From Elusimicrobiota bacterium (GTDB lineage: Bacteria > Elusimicrobiota > Elusimicrobia > UBA1565): DNA of 51,070 nt. The stretch spans positions 1 to 51,070 of the forward strand of contig JBDREN010000103.1 in the NCBI GenBank assembly GCA_043819795.1, read 5' to 3'. A program made the position numbers and the translations under genes. The notes under the pieces are model-generated. The model saw only the letters and a program-made list of their open reading frames with translations. It made no database searches and was not told the DNA's origin. Shown here piece by piece: positions 36,769 through 45,520 of the stretch; position 1 is the stretch's first letter, and every line of letters begins with the position of its first letter.

Positions 36769-37782
36769 TCAGAGGCGGGCGGCGTGGTCCAGGTAGGGAT
36801 CGATGAGCCGCCCGGCTTTCCTGAGCTCGGGCGGGGCGAACGCGGGGGCGTACCGGGCGCCGAGATACAGCTTGCGGGCCCAGCGCATCAGGCGCAGCGC
36901 CGCCGGGGGCGCGAACGTCTTGAGATAGAGCGGGTGGGCCGGGGCCGCCTCCCCGAGCTCGCGGGCCAGCAGCCGGCGCGCCCGCAGCGGCTCCGCGTTC
37001 TTGAGCAGGTAGCCAGCCACCTCCGCCGCCAGCTCCCGTCGGCGGGGGCTCTCCACCTCGGGCGGGGGCTCGCCGGCCTTGAGCGCCAGGACGGCCTCCT
37101 CGAAGTCGCGCTCGTAATCGCGGGTGATCTGCGATTCGTGCAGGCAGCGCACGGCCAGAGGCTCCCTGATCGCCCCCACCTCCAGGCCGCCGGCGAGCAT
37201 CCGCGCGTAGAGCTCCGTGTCCTCGAGGATCCGCAGGTCCTCGCGGTAGAGGCCGAACTCGTCGAAGGCCTCGCGCCGGACGGCGACGTTCGTCGTCACG
37301 TACGGCAGGAACTCCTCGCCCACGGCGTAGTAGCCCGGGACCTTGCCTTCCGGGATGTCGCGCGCCGGGTCGAAGAGCCGGCCGATGATCCGGCCGAAGC
37401 GCCGCACGTACGCGTTCGAGAACCAGAAACCGGCCGCCGGACGGCTCTCGATCGCGCGCCGGAACGCCTCCAGACGCCCGGGAAGGTAGAGGTCGTCGGA
37501 GTCCAGGAACGTGACGAAGCGGCCCGAGGCGCGGCGTATCGCGTGGTTGCGGCACACGTGCTGGCCCCGGTTGCGCTCCATGCGCAGGACGCTCACGCGC
37601 GGGTCCTTGGGCAGGGCCGCGAGGACGCGCGGCGTGTCGTCGGTCGAGCCGTCGTCCACCACGAAGCATTCGAACTCCTTGTCGGTCTGGCCCAGCAGGC
37701 TTAAGACCGCCGCGGCCGCCATGCGCGCGCGGTTATAGGTGGGAAGGATGACCGAGAAGAACGGCCCGGCCGCGTCGCTCAT
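36769..37782 (-). CDS. GT2 glycosyltransferase (soluble, chain-building type)
   Basis: 'FSVILPTYNR', 'VDDGSTDDT', 'FLDSDD', 'EDTELY'. Confidence 0.9.
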   Translation of the reverse strand: MSDAAGPFFSVILPTYNRARMAAAAVLSLLGQTDKEFECFVVDDGSTDDTPRVLAALPKDPRVSVLRMERNRGQHVCRNHAIRRASGRFVTFLDSDDLYLPGRLEAFRRAIESRPAAGFWFSNAYVRRFGRIIGRLFDPARDIPEGKVPGYYAVGEEFLPYVTTNVAVRREAFDEFGLYREDLRILEDTELYARMLAGGLEVGAIREPLAVRCLHESQITRDYERDFEEAVLALKAGEPPPEVESPRRRELAAEVAGYLLKNAEPLRARRLLARELGEAAPAHPLYLKTFAPPAALRLMRWARKLYLGARYAPAFAPPELRKAGRLIDPYLDHAARL

Positions 37783-37789
37783 GTGGTGA

Positions 37790-37822
37790 ATAATACTAGG
37801 ATTCGACAAGTTTTGCTATACT
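37790..37822. promoter_or_regulatory. Divergent promoters: TATTAT (minus, 37795-37790) and extended TGCTATACT (plus, 37814-37822)
   Basis: AT-rich 64-bp gap between starts 37782 (-) and 37847 (+). The minus-strand hexamer is 7 nt from its ATG. Confidence 0.55.
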
Positions 37823-37846
37823 CGGTTGCTGCAAGGCGTCGAAAAA

Positions 37847-38551
37847 ATGCTGATACAGGCGGCCATTTTAGCTGGCGGCCGGGGCGAGAGGATGCGTCCG
37901 GTCACAGCCGAGCCGAAAGCGCTTCTGTCCGTTAGGGGCAAGCCGCTCCTCGAGCACCAGCTCGGTTGGCTGAAAAGCGCTGGTTTTGACGAGGTAATCC
38001 TGTGCCTGGGCTATCGCGCCGAGCGCGTCCGGGAGACCTTCGGCGACGGTTCTCGCTGGGGGATGAGGATCGACTACCGCATCGAGGCCGTCCCGCGGGG
38101 AACGGCGGGAGCGGTGCGCGACCTGGGAGAGGCCGTCCGCGGAGACCTGCTCATCGTCTACGGGGACCTTTACGTCGAGATGCCTTGCCGGCCGCTGCTC
38201 GACTTCCACGCCGGCCATGACGCCGCGGCGACGCTGGTCGTCCGGCATACCGACCACCCCGAGGACTCGGACCTGGTCGAGGTGGCCGACGACGGCCGCA
38301 TCCGCGCGATCGGCCGCCGCGGTTCGGGCAAGGTCTCCGGCGAGGTGGCCTGCGGCGCGATCTGGGTGATCCGGAGGCGGATGCTCGAGCGCGTTCCGCA
38401 AGACGCGCCGAGCGATTTCGCCCGGGACATATTCCCGAAGGCCGTGGCCGAGGGCGAGACCCTGATGGCCTACCGGATCGAGAAGGGGGTGGCCGACATC
38501 GGGACGCCGGAGCGCTACGAGGCCTTCCGGAAACGGCTTTCGGCGCCATGA
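37847..38551 (+). CDS. hddC: Sugar-1-phosphate nucleotidyltransferase, probably heptose-1-P guanylyltransferase
   Basis: 'AILAGGRGERMRP..EPKAL', 'PRGTAGA', 'VYGD', 'DIGTPE'. First gene of the heptose operon; the symbol comes from context. Confidence 0.75.
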   Translation: MLIQAAILAGGRGERMRPVTAEPKALLSVRGKPLLEHQLGWLKSAGFDEVILCLGYRAERVRETFGDGSRWGMRIDYRIEAVPRGTAGAVRDLGEAVRGDLLIVYGDLYVEMPCRPLLDFHAGHDAAATLVVRHTDHPEDSDLVEVADDGRIRAIGRRGSGKVSGEVACGAIWVIRRRMLERVPQDAPSDFARDIFPKAVAEGETLMAYRIEKGVADIGTPERYEAFRKRLSAP

Positions 38552-39129
38552 AGGGGAAATGGGCGATTTTCCTGGACAGGGACGGAACGATCAGCGGGGA
38601 CGCCGGATTGGTCTCCGTGCCCGAGCAGCTGCGCCTGCTTCCGGGCGCGGGCGCCGCGCTGCGCCGCCTGCGCGAGGCGGGGGCGTTGCTCATCGTCGTG
38701 ACGAACCAGCCGGTCGTGGCCAGGGACCTCGTCGATGAGGAGGGGCTCGGGAGGATCCATCGCCGGCTCGAGGAGCTGCTCGCCGGGGAGGGGGCGTCGC
38801 TCGACGCGATCTATTATTGTCCCCACCACCCCGAGACGCACCATCCCGAGGCCGCCGACCCCCGCTACCGCCGCGTCTGCGGGTGCCGCAAGCCGAAGCC
38901 CGGGATGCTCCTGGCCGCGGCCGAGCGCTTCGGCGTGGACTTGGCGCGGTCGTTCATGGTCGGCGACAGCACGCGGGACGTGGGCGCCGCCCGCGCCGCC
39001 GGATGCCGGGCGGTGCTCGTGCGCACCGGCTCCGGGGGCGCCGACGGGACGTGCCCGGACGCCCGGCCCGACGCGACGGTCGACGACCTGGCCGGGGCGG
39101 CCGACTGGATATTGAGGAACAGAGAATGA
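38548..39129 (+). CDS. gmhB: D-glycero-D-manno-heptose 1,7-bisphosphate phosphatase
   Basis: 'FLDRDGTI', 'VTNQ', 'YYCPHHP...CGCRKPKPGM', 'FMVGD'. Confidence 0.9.
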   Translation: MKGKWAIFLDRDGTISGDAGLVSVPEQLRLLPGAGAALRRLREAGALLIVVTNQPVVARDLVDEEGLGRIHRRLEELLAGEGASLDAIYYCPHHPETHHPEAADPRYRRVCGCRKPKPGMLLAAAERFGVDLARSFMVGDSTRDVGAARAAGCRAVLVRTGSGGADGTCPDARPDATVDDLAGAADWILRNRE

Positions 39130-39235
39130 CCGAGCATAGCGCAGGAAATGGTCGCGTCTATCGTCGTGGGAGGCGACCATGACCGAGCATAGCGCAGGAA
39201 ATGGTCGCGTCTATCGTCGTGGGAGGCGACCATGA
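39126..39235 (+). repeat. Perfect 53-bp tandem duplication; each unit is an 18-codon mini-ORF with an RBS-containing hairpin
   Basis: ATGACCGAGCATAGCGCAGGAAATGGTCGCGTCTATCGTCGTGGGAGGCGACC at 39126 and 39179, followed by ATGA at 39232. Confidence 0.95.
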
Positions 39236-40203
39236 TTATCTCTCGCACGCCTTTCCGCATCAGTTTCGCCGGGGGCGGGACCGACCTGGCATCTTTTTAC
39301 TGCGACGAGCCGGGCGCCGTGGTGAGCAGCGCGATCGACAAGTATATGTATGTGTCGGCGCATCCTTATTTCGACGAGCGCATCATGCTCAAGTACTCGC
39401 GGACCGAGCTCGTCGACCGCGTCTCGGAAGTCCGCCATCCACTCGTGCGCGAGGCCATGCGGCTGGTCGGCGTGCGCCGGGGGATCGAGATCGCCTCGAT
39501 GGCCGATATCGCCGGCGGCACGGGCCTGGGTTCCTCGTCGAGCTTCACCGTGGGGCTCCTGCACGCGCTGCACGCCTTCAAGGGCGAATACGTCCCGGCC
39601 GAGCAGCTGGCCCGGGAGGCCTGCCTGGTGGAGATCGAGCGGGTCAAGGAGCCCATCGGAAAGCAGGACCAGACCATCGCGGCCCACGGGGGCTTCCAGT
39701 TCATCGAGTTTCTGCCGAACGAGGAGGTTCGCGTGAGCCCGATCATATGCTCCCCGCGGGGGCTCACGCGCCTGCACGCGCGCCTGATGCTGTTCTATAC
39801 CGGCATTACGCGGCGTGCGGGTTCGATCCTGCGCCGGGCAAGGGCTCGGTCGAAGGCGAACAAGCGGGTCCTGCGCGGCATGCGGGGGCTGGCCGACGAG
39901 GCGCGCAAGCGGCTCCAGGCGGGAAGGGCCGACGATTTCGGGCGCATCCTGCACGAGGGGTGGCTGATGAAGAGGAGCCTCGCCGAGGGGGTCTCGACGG
40001 GCGGGATCGACCGTCTCTACGATAGGGCGCGCCGTGCCGGCGCCGTCGGCGGGAAGATCCTCGGGGCCGGGGGCGGGGGCTTCCTGCTCCTGTACGCCGA
40101 CCCGTCGAAGCAGGAGGGCGTGCGCCGGGCGATGAAGGGATGGCGCGAGATCCGGTTCCGTTTCGAGCCCGAGGGCTCTAAGATCGTCTACGTCAGCGGT
40201 TGA
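39232..40203 (+). CDS. hddA: D-glycero-alpha-D-manno-heptose-7-phosphate kinase (GHMP family)
   Basis: 'RTPFRISFAGGGTD', 'GTGLGSSS', 'IGKQDQ', 'GGKILGAGGGGFLL'. Confidence 0.9.
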   Translation: MIISRTPFRISFAGGGTDLASFYCDEPGAVVSSAIDKYMYVSAHPYFDERIMLKYSRTELVDRVSEVRHPLVREAMRLVGVRRGIEIASMADIAGGTGLGSSSSFTVGLLHALHAFKGEYVPAEQLAREACLVEIERVKEPIGKQDQTIAAHGGFQFIEFLPNEEVRVSPIICSPRGLTRLHARLMLFYTGITRRAGSILRRARARSKANKRVLRGMRGLADEARKRLQAGRADDFGRILHEGWLMKRSLAEGVSTGGIDRLYDRARRAGAVGGKILGAGGGGFLLLYADPSKQEGVRRAMKGWREIRFRFEPEGSKIVYVSG

Positions 40204-40211
40204 GGGGGATC

Positions 40212-40856
40212 ATGGCGAAGAAAGGGACGTCGGGCAGGCCGATCGGCCGGGGCAGCGACTGGGCGGACCGCGCCTTCGGGAGGGGCCCCACGGGCCTGAG
40301 CGCGGAGGCGTTCGCGCGGTGGTACCGCGAGGAGGTCGCCGCCCAGTGGGAGGCGGTGGACCTGAAGGCCGTGGCGCACGTCGCGGGGTGGTTGAGAGCG
40401 GCGCGCGGCACCAAGCGCCAGGTCTTCGTGGCGGGCAACGGCGGATCGGCCGCCATCGCCTCGCACATGGCCACGGACCTCGCGAAGACGGCCGCCACGG
40501 GGAGCGGGCCGCTTCTGCGCTGCGTCGCGCTCACCGACAACGTCTCCTACATGACCGCGATCGCCAACGACATCGGCTACGACGCCGTCTTCTCGCGCCA
40601 GATGGAGAACCTTCTCAATAAGGGGGATATCGTCATCCTGATCAGCGGCAGCGGAAACTCGCCGAGCGTCCTCGAGGCCGCGCGTTACGCCAGGCGCAAG
40701 GGCGCGCGCACGGCCGCCCTGCTCGGCTTCGACGGAGGCAAGCTCAAGTCGCTGGTGGACGTCCCGCTGCTCGTCGGGTGCGGGCAGTACGGCGTCGTGG
40801 AGGAGATCCACATGGGCATCGGGCACGTCCTGGGGTTCTACCTGAGGCAGGCCTGA
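40212..40856 (+). CDS. gmhA: Phosphoheptose isomerase (SIS domain)
   Basis: 'AGNGGSAAIASH', 'TAIANDIGY', 'ISGSGNSPSV', 'EEIH'. GAGGGGG RBS before the ATG at 40212. Confidence 0.85.
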   Translation: MAKKGTSGRPIGRGSDWADRAFGRGPTGLSAEAFARWYREEVAAQWEAVDLKAVAHVAGWLRAARGTKRQVFVAGNGGSAAIASHMATDLAKTAATGSGPLLRCVALTDNVSYMTAIANDIGYDAVFSRQMENLLNKGDIVILISGSGNSPSVLEAARYARRKGARTAALLGFDGGKLKSLVDVPLLVGCGQYGVVEEIHMGIGHVLGFYLRQA

Positions 40857-40857
40857 G

Positions 40858-41814
40858 ATGAACGCCTTCGTGACCGGCGGCGCCGGGTTCATCGGCAGCC
40901 ACATCGTCGACCGCCTCATCAGGGGCGGACGCCGCGTCACGGTCTACGACAACCTCTCCACCGGGCGCAGGCTCTTCCTGCGGCGGCACCGCGGCCAGGC
41001 GCGCCTGCGGTTCGTGCGCGGCGACATCCTGGACGAGGCGCGCCTGCGGCGCGCCATGCGGGGGCACGATACCGTCTTCCACTTCGCGGCGAACGCCGAC
41101 GTGCGGGGGGGCGTGCGCGACACGCGCGTGGATCTGGAGCAGAACACGATCGGGACCCACCGCGTGCTCGAGGCGATGAGGCGGACGGGCGCGCGCCGCG
41201 TGGTCTTCGCCAGCTCGGCCACCGTCTACGGGGAGCCCGAGCGCTTCCCCACGCCGGAGGACGCGCCGTTGATTCAGACCTCGCTCTACGGCGCGGCCAA
41301 GGCCTCGGCCGAGCACTTGATCGAGGCGTACGGGAACTATTTCGGGATCCAGGGCCGCATCTTCCGTTTCGTCTCGTGGGTCGGCGAGCGCTACACCCAC
41401 GGCGTGGTCTGTGATTTCGTGCGCAAGCTCCGGCGCTCTCCCCGCGCCCTCGAGATCATGGGCGACGGCCGCCAGCGGAAGTCGTATCTCGACGTGCGCG
41501 ACGGGATCGCCGGCATCTTCGCCGCTCTGCGGTCGGGGAAGGGGCGGACGCAAGTCTACAACCTGGGACACCGCGGCGTTCTGACGGTCGACGCGGTCGC
41601 GGACATCGTCCGCGCGGAGATGGGCCTGGGCTCGGTGCGCTACCGGCATACGGGGGGCGTGCGCGGCTGGCCGGGCGACAGCCCGGTGGTGCTGCTCGAC
41701 ACGCGGCGCATCCGGGCGCTCGGGTGGCGGCCGAAAGTGCCGATCCCGGACGGGATCCGCGCCACGGTCCGGTATCTGCTCGATCACGAGGAGCTTCTCC
41801 GGCCGGGCGGCTGA
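40858..41814 (+). CDS. NAD-dependent nucleotide-sugar epimerase/dehydratase (GalE-like SDR)
   Basis: '[11 protein letters not shown]', 'HFAANADVR', 'SSATVYG', 'SLYGAAK', 'THGVVCDF', 'GWPGD'. Confidence 0.9.
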   Translation: MNAFVTGGAGFIGSHIVDRLIRGGRRVTVYDNLSTGRRLFLRRHRGQARLRFVRGDILDEARLRRAMRGHDTVFHFAANADVRGGVRDTRVDLEQNTIGTHRVLEAMRRTGARRVVFASSATVYGEPERFPTPEDAPLIQTSLYGAAKASAEHLIEAYGNYFGIQGRIFRFVSWVGERYTHGVVCDFVRKLRRSPRALEIMGDGRQRKSYLDVRDGIAGIFAALRSGKGRTQVYNLGHRGVLTVDAVADIVRAEMGLGSVRYRHTGGVRGWPGDSPVVLLDTRRIRALGWRPKVPIPDGIRATVRYLLDHEELLRPGG

Positions 41815-41820
41815 GCGACC

Positions 41821-42540
41821 ATGAAGCTCTCGATCGTCATACCGATCTACAACGAGGCCCGGACAGCGCGCGAGCTGCTGGACCGCGTCCTGGGCGTCGA
41901 GCTTCCGATCGAGAGGGAAGTCCTGGTCGTGGAGAGCGGCTCGACCGACGGCACGCGCGAGATCGTGGAGGAGTACGCCGCGCGCGGGGGCGTCCGGGCG
42001 ATCCACCAGTCGCGGCCGCGCGGCAAGGGCAACGCGCTCAAAGAGGGGCTGCGGGCGGCGACGGGCGACATCATCCTCATCCAGGACGCGGACCTCGAGT
42101 ACGACGTCAAGGACTACCCCGAACTGCTGGAACCGATCCTAAAGGGGAAGGCCTCCTTCGTACTCGGCTCGCGTCACCTCGGCTGCCATGACTGGATGTA
42201 CCGGAAGTTCATCGACGACGCGTTCTACGCCCGCGTCATCAACTTCGGGGCGCTCTTCTACACCGGCCTGTTCAACCGCCTCCACGGGCTTTCCCTGACC
42301 GATCCGGCGACGATGTACAAGGTCTTCCGGCGGGAGTGCGTCGAAGGGATACGCTGGCGCTGCGACTATTTCGACCTGGACTGGGAGATCGTCGCGAAGC
42401 TCGTGCGCCGGGGCCACGTCCCGGTGGAGGTCCCGGTCAACTACGTCTCCCGCAGCGTGGCGGACGGGAAGAAGATCCGCTTCTGGCGGGACGGCTTTCT
42501 GGTCTTGCGGGCCATCCTGCGCTTCCGGTGGTTCGATTGA
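41821..42540 (+). CDS. GT2 glycosyltransferase, DPM1-like
   Basis: 'SIVIPIYNE', 'RGKGNAL', 'IQDADLEYD', 'EVPVNY.SR...GKKI'. Confidence 0.9.
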   Translation: MKLSIVIPIYNEARTARELLDRVLGVELPIEREVLVVESGSTDGTREIVEEYAARGGVRAIHQSRPRGKGNALKEGLRAATGDIILIQDADLEYDVKDYPELLEPILKGKASFVLGSRHLGCHDWMYRKFIDDAFYARVINFGALFYTGLFNRLHGLSLTDPATMYKVFRRECVEGIRWRCDYFDLDWEIVAKLVRRGHVPVEVPVNYVSRSVADGKKIRFWRDGFLVLRAILRFRWFD

Positions 42541-43817
42541 TGAGGCGGCGCCTCGGGGCCGCGCTCCGCTCGGAGCTCTTCTGGGTGGCGGCCGCCTTTT
42601 TGATCCGCGCGGCGTTCGCGGCCTGCCTGGGCGAGAGGACCTACCAGGCCGACGAGGGCGGCTACGACGCGATCGCTTGGCATTGGGCCCGGACGGGCGT
42701 GCTGGGCGGCGGCGGCGAGGCCACGGTGGTGTCGCCGGTCGCGCCGCTGTTCTTCGGGCTCTTCTATCTGGCCGGGCACCGCATGCTGGCCGCGCGCGTG
42801 GCGCACGCGGCGGTGAGCGCGGCCACGGCCTGGATGCTCGGGCGCATGACCGGGCAGCTCACCGGCTCGCGCCGCGCCGGCCTGTTCGCGCTGGCGCTCT
42901 CCGCGGTCTATCCCTTCTTCATCTACTATTCGGGGATACTGATGACGGAGACCCTCTATGTGGCGGGCGTGGTGGCGGGCCTGTGGGCGATCTGCGCGAG
43001 CCTGCGCGAGCGCGGGGCCTCGGCCTGGCGGGCGGCGGCGGCCGGCGCCGCATTGGCCGTCGCCGGCCTGACCCGCCCGCAGGGCGTGCCCATCGCGCTC
43101 GGGTTGTGGGTGTCGGCGGCCGTCCTGTGCATGCTCAAGCGCTACCGCTGGAGGTCGTGGGCTCTGGCGGTCCTTTGCTGGGCGCTGCCGCTGGCCGGGT
43201 GGGCCGCGCGGAACCACGGCGTCTGCGGCCGCTATACGCTGAGCCTCAAGGGGGGGTTCGCGCTGATCGACGGGGTGATGTTCTTCGACCTCAACGAGAT
43301 GGACACGGCCTTCGCGCGGCAGGCCTTCCGGACGACGCCGCTGTATGAGGAAGGCCGCTCGTTGGGCCCGGCCGAGCGGGACCGGCTGTACCGGCGCGCC
43401 GTCTTTCGCTTCATGGTCGAGAACCCGCGGACGGTACTGCGCCAGTGGGTCCACAAGGCCTTCAACTTCTGGCGTTTCTACCCGCGCGTCGACAAGGAGT
43501 ATCCGGACACGGAGGGGGCGCGCCCCGGCGTCGGCGCCAGCCGGCGCAACCTCGTCGCGGTCAGCCTGCTCTTCGAGCCGGCCATCATCCTGCTGGGCTT
43601 CTACGGGGCCTTCCAGCTGCGCGCCCGCGCCGCGGAGCTCTGGCCGCTATACTGGATGGTGCTCGCCACGTTCGGCATGCACGTCGTCATCATCAGCCAG
43701 ATGCGCTATCGCCTGCCGGTGATGCCGGTCCTCATCCTGTTCGCGTGCGCGGCGGCGGACGCGGCGCTGCGCCGCCTCCGTCCCGACTGGGGCGGGGCGC
43801 CCGGAGGCGGCCGGTGA
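42540..43817 (+). CDS. GT-C (ArnT/PMT-like) membrane glycosyltransferase
   Basis: 'YQADEGGY', 'AVYPFFIYYS...TETLY', 'LTRP', 'WAARN', 'NFWRFYP', 'RYRLPVMP'. TGATG overlap. Confidence 0.78.
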   Translation: MRRRLGAALRSELFWVAAAFLIRAAFAACLGERTYQADEGGYDAIAWHWARTGVLGGGGEATVVSPVAPLFFGLFYLAGHRMLAARVAHAAVSAATAWMLGRMTGQLTGSRRAGLFALALSAVYPFFIYYSGILMTETLYVAGVVAGLWAICASLRERGASAWRAAAAGAALAVAGLTRPQGVPIALGLWVSAAVLCMLKRYRWRSWALAVLCWALPLAGWAARNHGVCGRYTLSLKGGFALIDGVMFFDLNEMDTAFARQAFRTTPLYEEGRSLGPAERDRLYRRAVFRFMVENPRTVLRQWVHKAFNFWRFYPRVDKEYPDTEGARPGVGASRRNLVAVSLLFEPAIILLGFYGAFQLRARAAELWPLYWMVLATFGMHVVIISQMRYRLPVMPVLILFACAAADAALRRLRPDWGGAPGGGR

Positions 43818-45520
43818 CGGGGCCCGCGAGGGAGGGAAGGTGGTTTTGGGTTTTCGCGGGTTGCGTGGTCGTTGTCGCCCTCGGGCTGCGCTTCTGGGGG
43901 GTCGGCTACGGGCTCCCGGCGGTATTCAACGCCGATGAGCCGCACCACATCAACGTGGCGGTCTCCTTCGGGCGCGGCAGCCTCAATCCCGGGATCTTCA
44001 AGTACCCGACGCTCTGGATGTACGTCCTTTTCGGGGCCTACGGCGCGTATTTTCTCGTCTGGTCGGGACTGGGGCTCATGCGTCCGGTGGCCGAGTTCGG
44101 CCAGCTGTTCGTCTGGCATCCCGGCGCGTTCTACCTGATCGCCCGCCTGCTCTCGGCCGCCTTCTCCGCCTTGGCGCTGCATCGCGTCTACCGGGCCGGC
44201 GCGGTCCTCGGCGAGGCGCGCGCGGGGATGTGGGCCGCGGCGCTCTTGGCGGTCTCGCCGACGCTCATCGCGTCCGCGCACGCCGCCAGGTCGGACTCGC
44301 TTCTGCTCTTGCTCGCCTCCGTGGCGTGGTGGTCCGCGCTGCGCTACCACATCCGGGGCCGTCCCCGCGATCTGGCGTTGTGCGGCGCGGCTGTGGGCTT
44401 GAGCGCGTCGAGCCACTACATCGCCGCTCCTCTCGCGCTCGTCGTCCCGACGGCCTGGTGCGTGCGCCGCTGGGGGGGGCGGGGCGCGGACCGGCCGCCG
44501 GGCGCGGGCGGGCTGCTGCTGGCGCTGATCGCGATCCCGGCCGCGTTCTTCGCGGGCTCGCCTTTCGTCCTCCTCGACTGGCCGGCGTTCGTGCGCGATA
44601 TCCGCGACGTGCAGGCGATGGCGGCGGCGGTCGCCGAAGCCCCGGCGGGCGCGGTCGTGCTGCGGAACATGCTCTCCTTCGCCGGGGCCTGGGCGGGGGG
44701 GCTGGCCTTCGCGGGGGGGGCGCTCTGGCTTGCGTGGAGGCGCCGGCCGTTGGCCGTGCTTCTGCTGCTGCCGGTCGCGGGGCAGGTGCTCTTCTTGGCG
44801 TCCTCTCCGAACGGTGCGTGGGCGCGGTTCCTGATCGGGGTCTATCCGGCCTTGGCCCTGGCCGCGGGGCTCGGAGCGGAGGCGCTTTGCCGGAGCTTGT
44901 CCGCGGACCGCTTTCAGGCCGTCGTCCGCGCGGCCGTGCTGTTGGCGCTGATGCTGCCGGGGGCCTGGAAGTCGTACGCGTTCGACGCGGATCTCGTGCT
45001 GAGCGACACGCGGACCCTCGCCGCCCGGTGGATCGAAGACAACATCCGGCCCGGGACGCGCGTCCTGACCTTCAGCGAGCATACCTCCCCTCCCCTCCGC
45101 CTGAGCCGGGCTCACGTCGAGCGGCTTCTGGAGCGGACGCGCCGGGAGGGGCATCCGCGGCAGAGGTACTACGCCCTGATGGCCGCGGCGCATCCGGGCG
45201 GGGGCTACGACGTCTATCGAGTGCTGCAACGGGCCTCCGTGCTGCAGGCCGGGCCGCGACACGTCGCCTGGTCGGCGCGGGGCAGGGCGGTCCTGGACGT
45301 CTACGAGGGCCTGGCCCCGGCCCGCTCAGCCGGCATCGGGGTCGTGGTCTACACGAGCTACGGGGCGGACGCGGAGGGCTTTCGGGCCCTCGGGCGCTTT
45401 CTGCGCGAGACCGAGGCCGAGGGCGAGCTCCTGAAGGAGTTCCGCCCCGAGCCGGGCGCGGTCCGCGGGCCGGTCATACGAGTCTTCCGCATCGACGGCA
45501 GCGAGGTCCTTGGATCATGA
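43814..45520 (+). CDS. GT-C (PMT/ArnT-like) membrane glycosyltransferase
   Basis: 'LRFWGVGYGLP..FNADEP', 'NPGIFKYP', 'ARFL', 'DTRTLAARWIEDNIRPG'. GTGA overlap. Confidence 0.78.
   Translation: MTGPAREGRWFWVFAGCVVVVALGLRFWGVGYGLPAVFNADEPHHINVAVSFGRGSLNPGIFKYPTLWMYVLFGAYGAYFLVWSGLGLMRPVAEFGQLFVWHPGAFYLIARLLSAAFSALALHRVYRAGAVLGEARAGMWAAALLAVSPTLIASAHAARSDSLLLLLASVAWWSALRYHIRGRPRDLALCGAAVGLSASSHYIAAPLALVVPTAWCVRRWGGRGADRPPGAGGLLLALIAIPAAFFAGSPFVLLDWPAFVRDIRDVQAMAAAVAEAPAGAVVLRNMLSFAGAWAGGLAFAGGALWLAWRRRPLAVLLLLPVAGQVLFLASSPNGAWARFLIGVYPALALAAGLGAEALCRSLSADRFQAVVRAAVLLALMLPGAWKSYAFDADLVLSDTRTLAARWIEDNIRPGTRVLTFSEHTSPPLRLSRAHVERLLERTRREGHPRQRYYALMAAAHPGGGYDVYRVLQRASVLQAGPRHVAWSARGRAVLDVYEGLAPARSAGIGVVVYTSYGADAEGFRALGRFLRETEAEGELLKEFRPEPGAVRGPVIRVFRIDGSEVLGS

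Noticed and set aside
37847..40856. LPS inner-core ADP-heptose pathway
   Set aside because: It uses a GHMP kinase and a separate nucleotidyltransferase rather than HldE, and no waaC/waaF is present.
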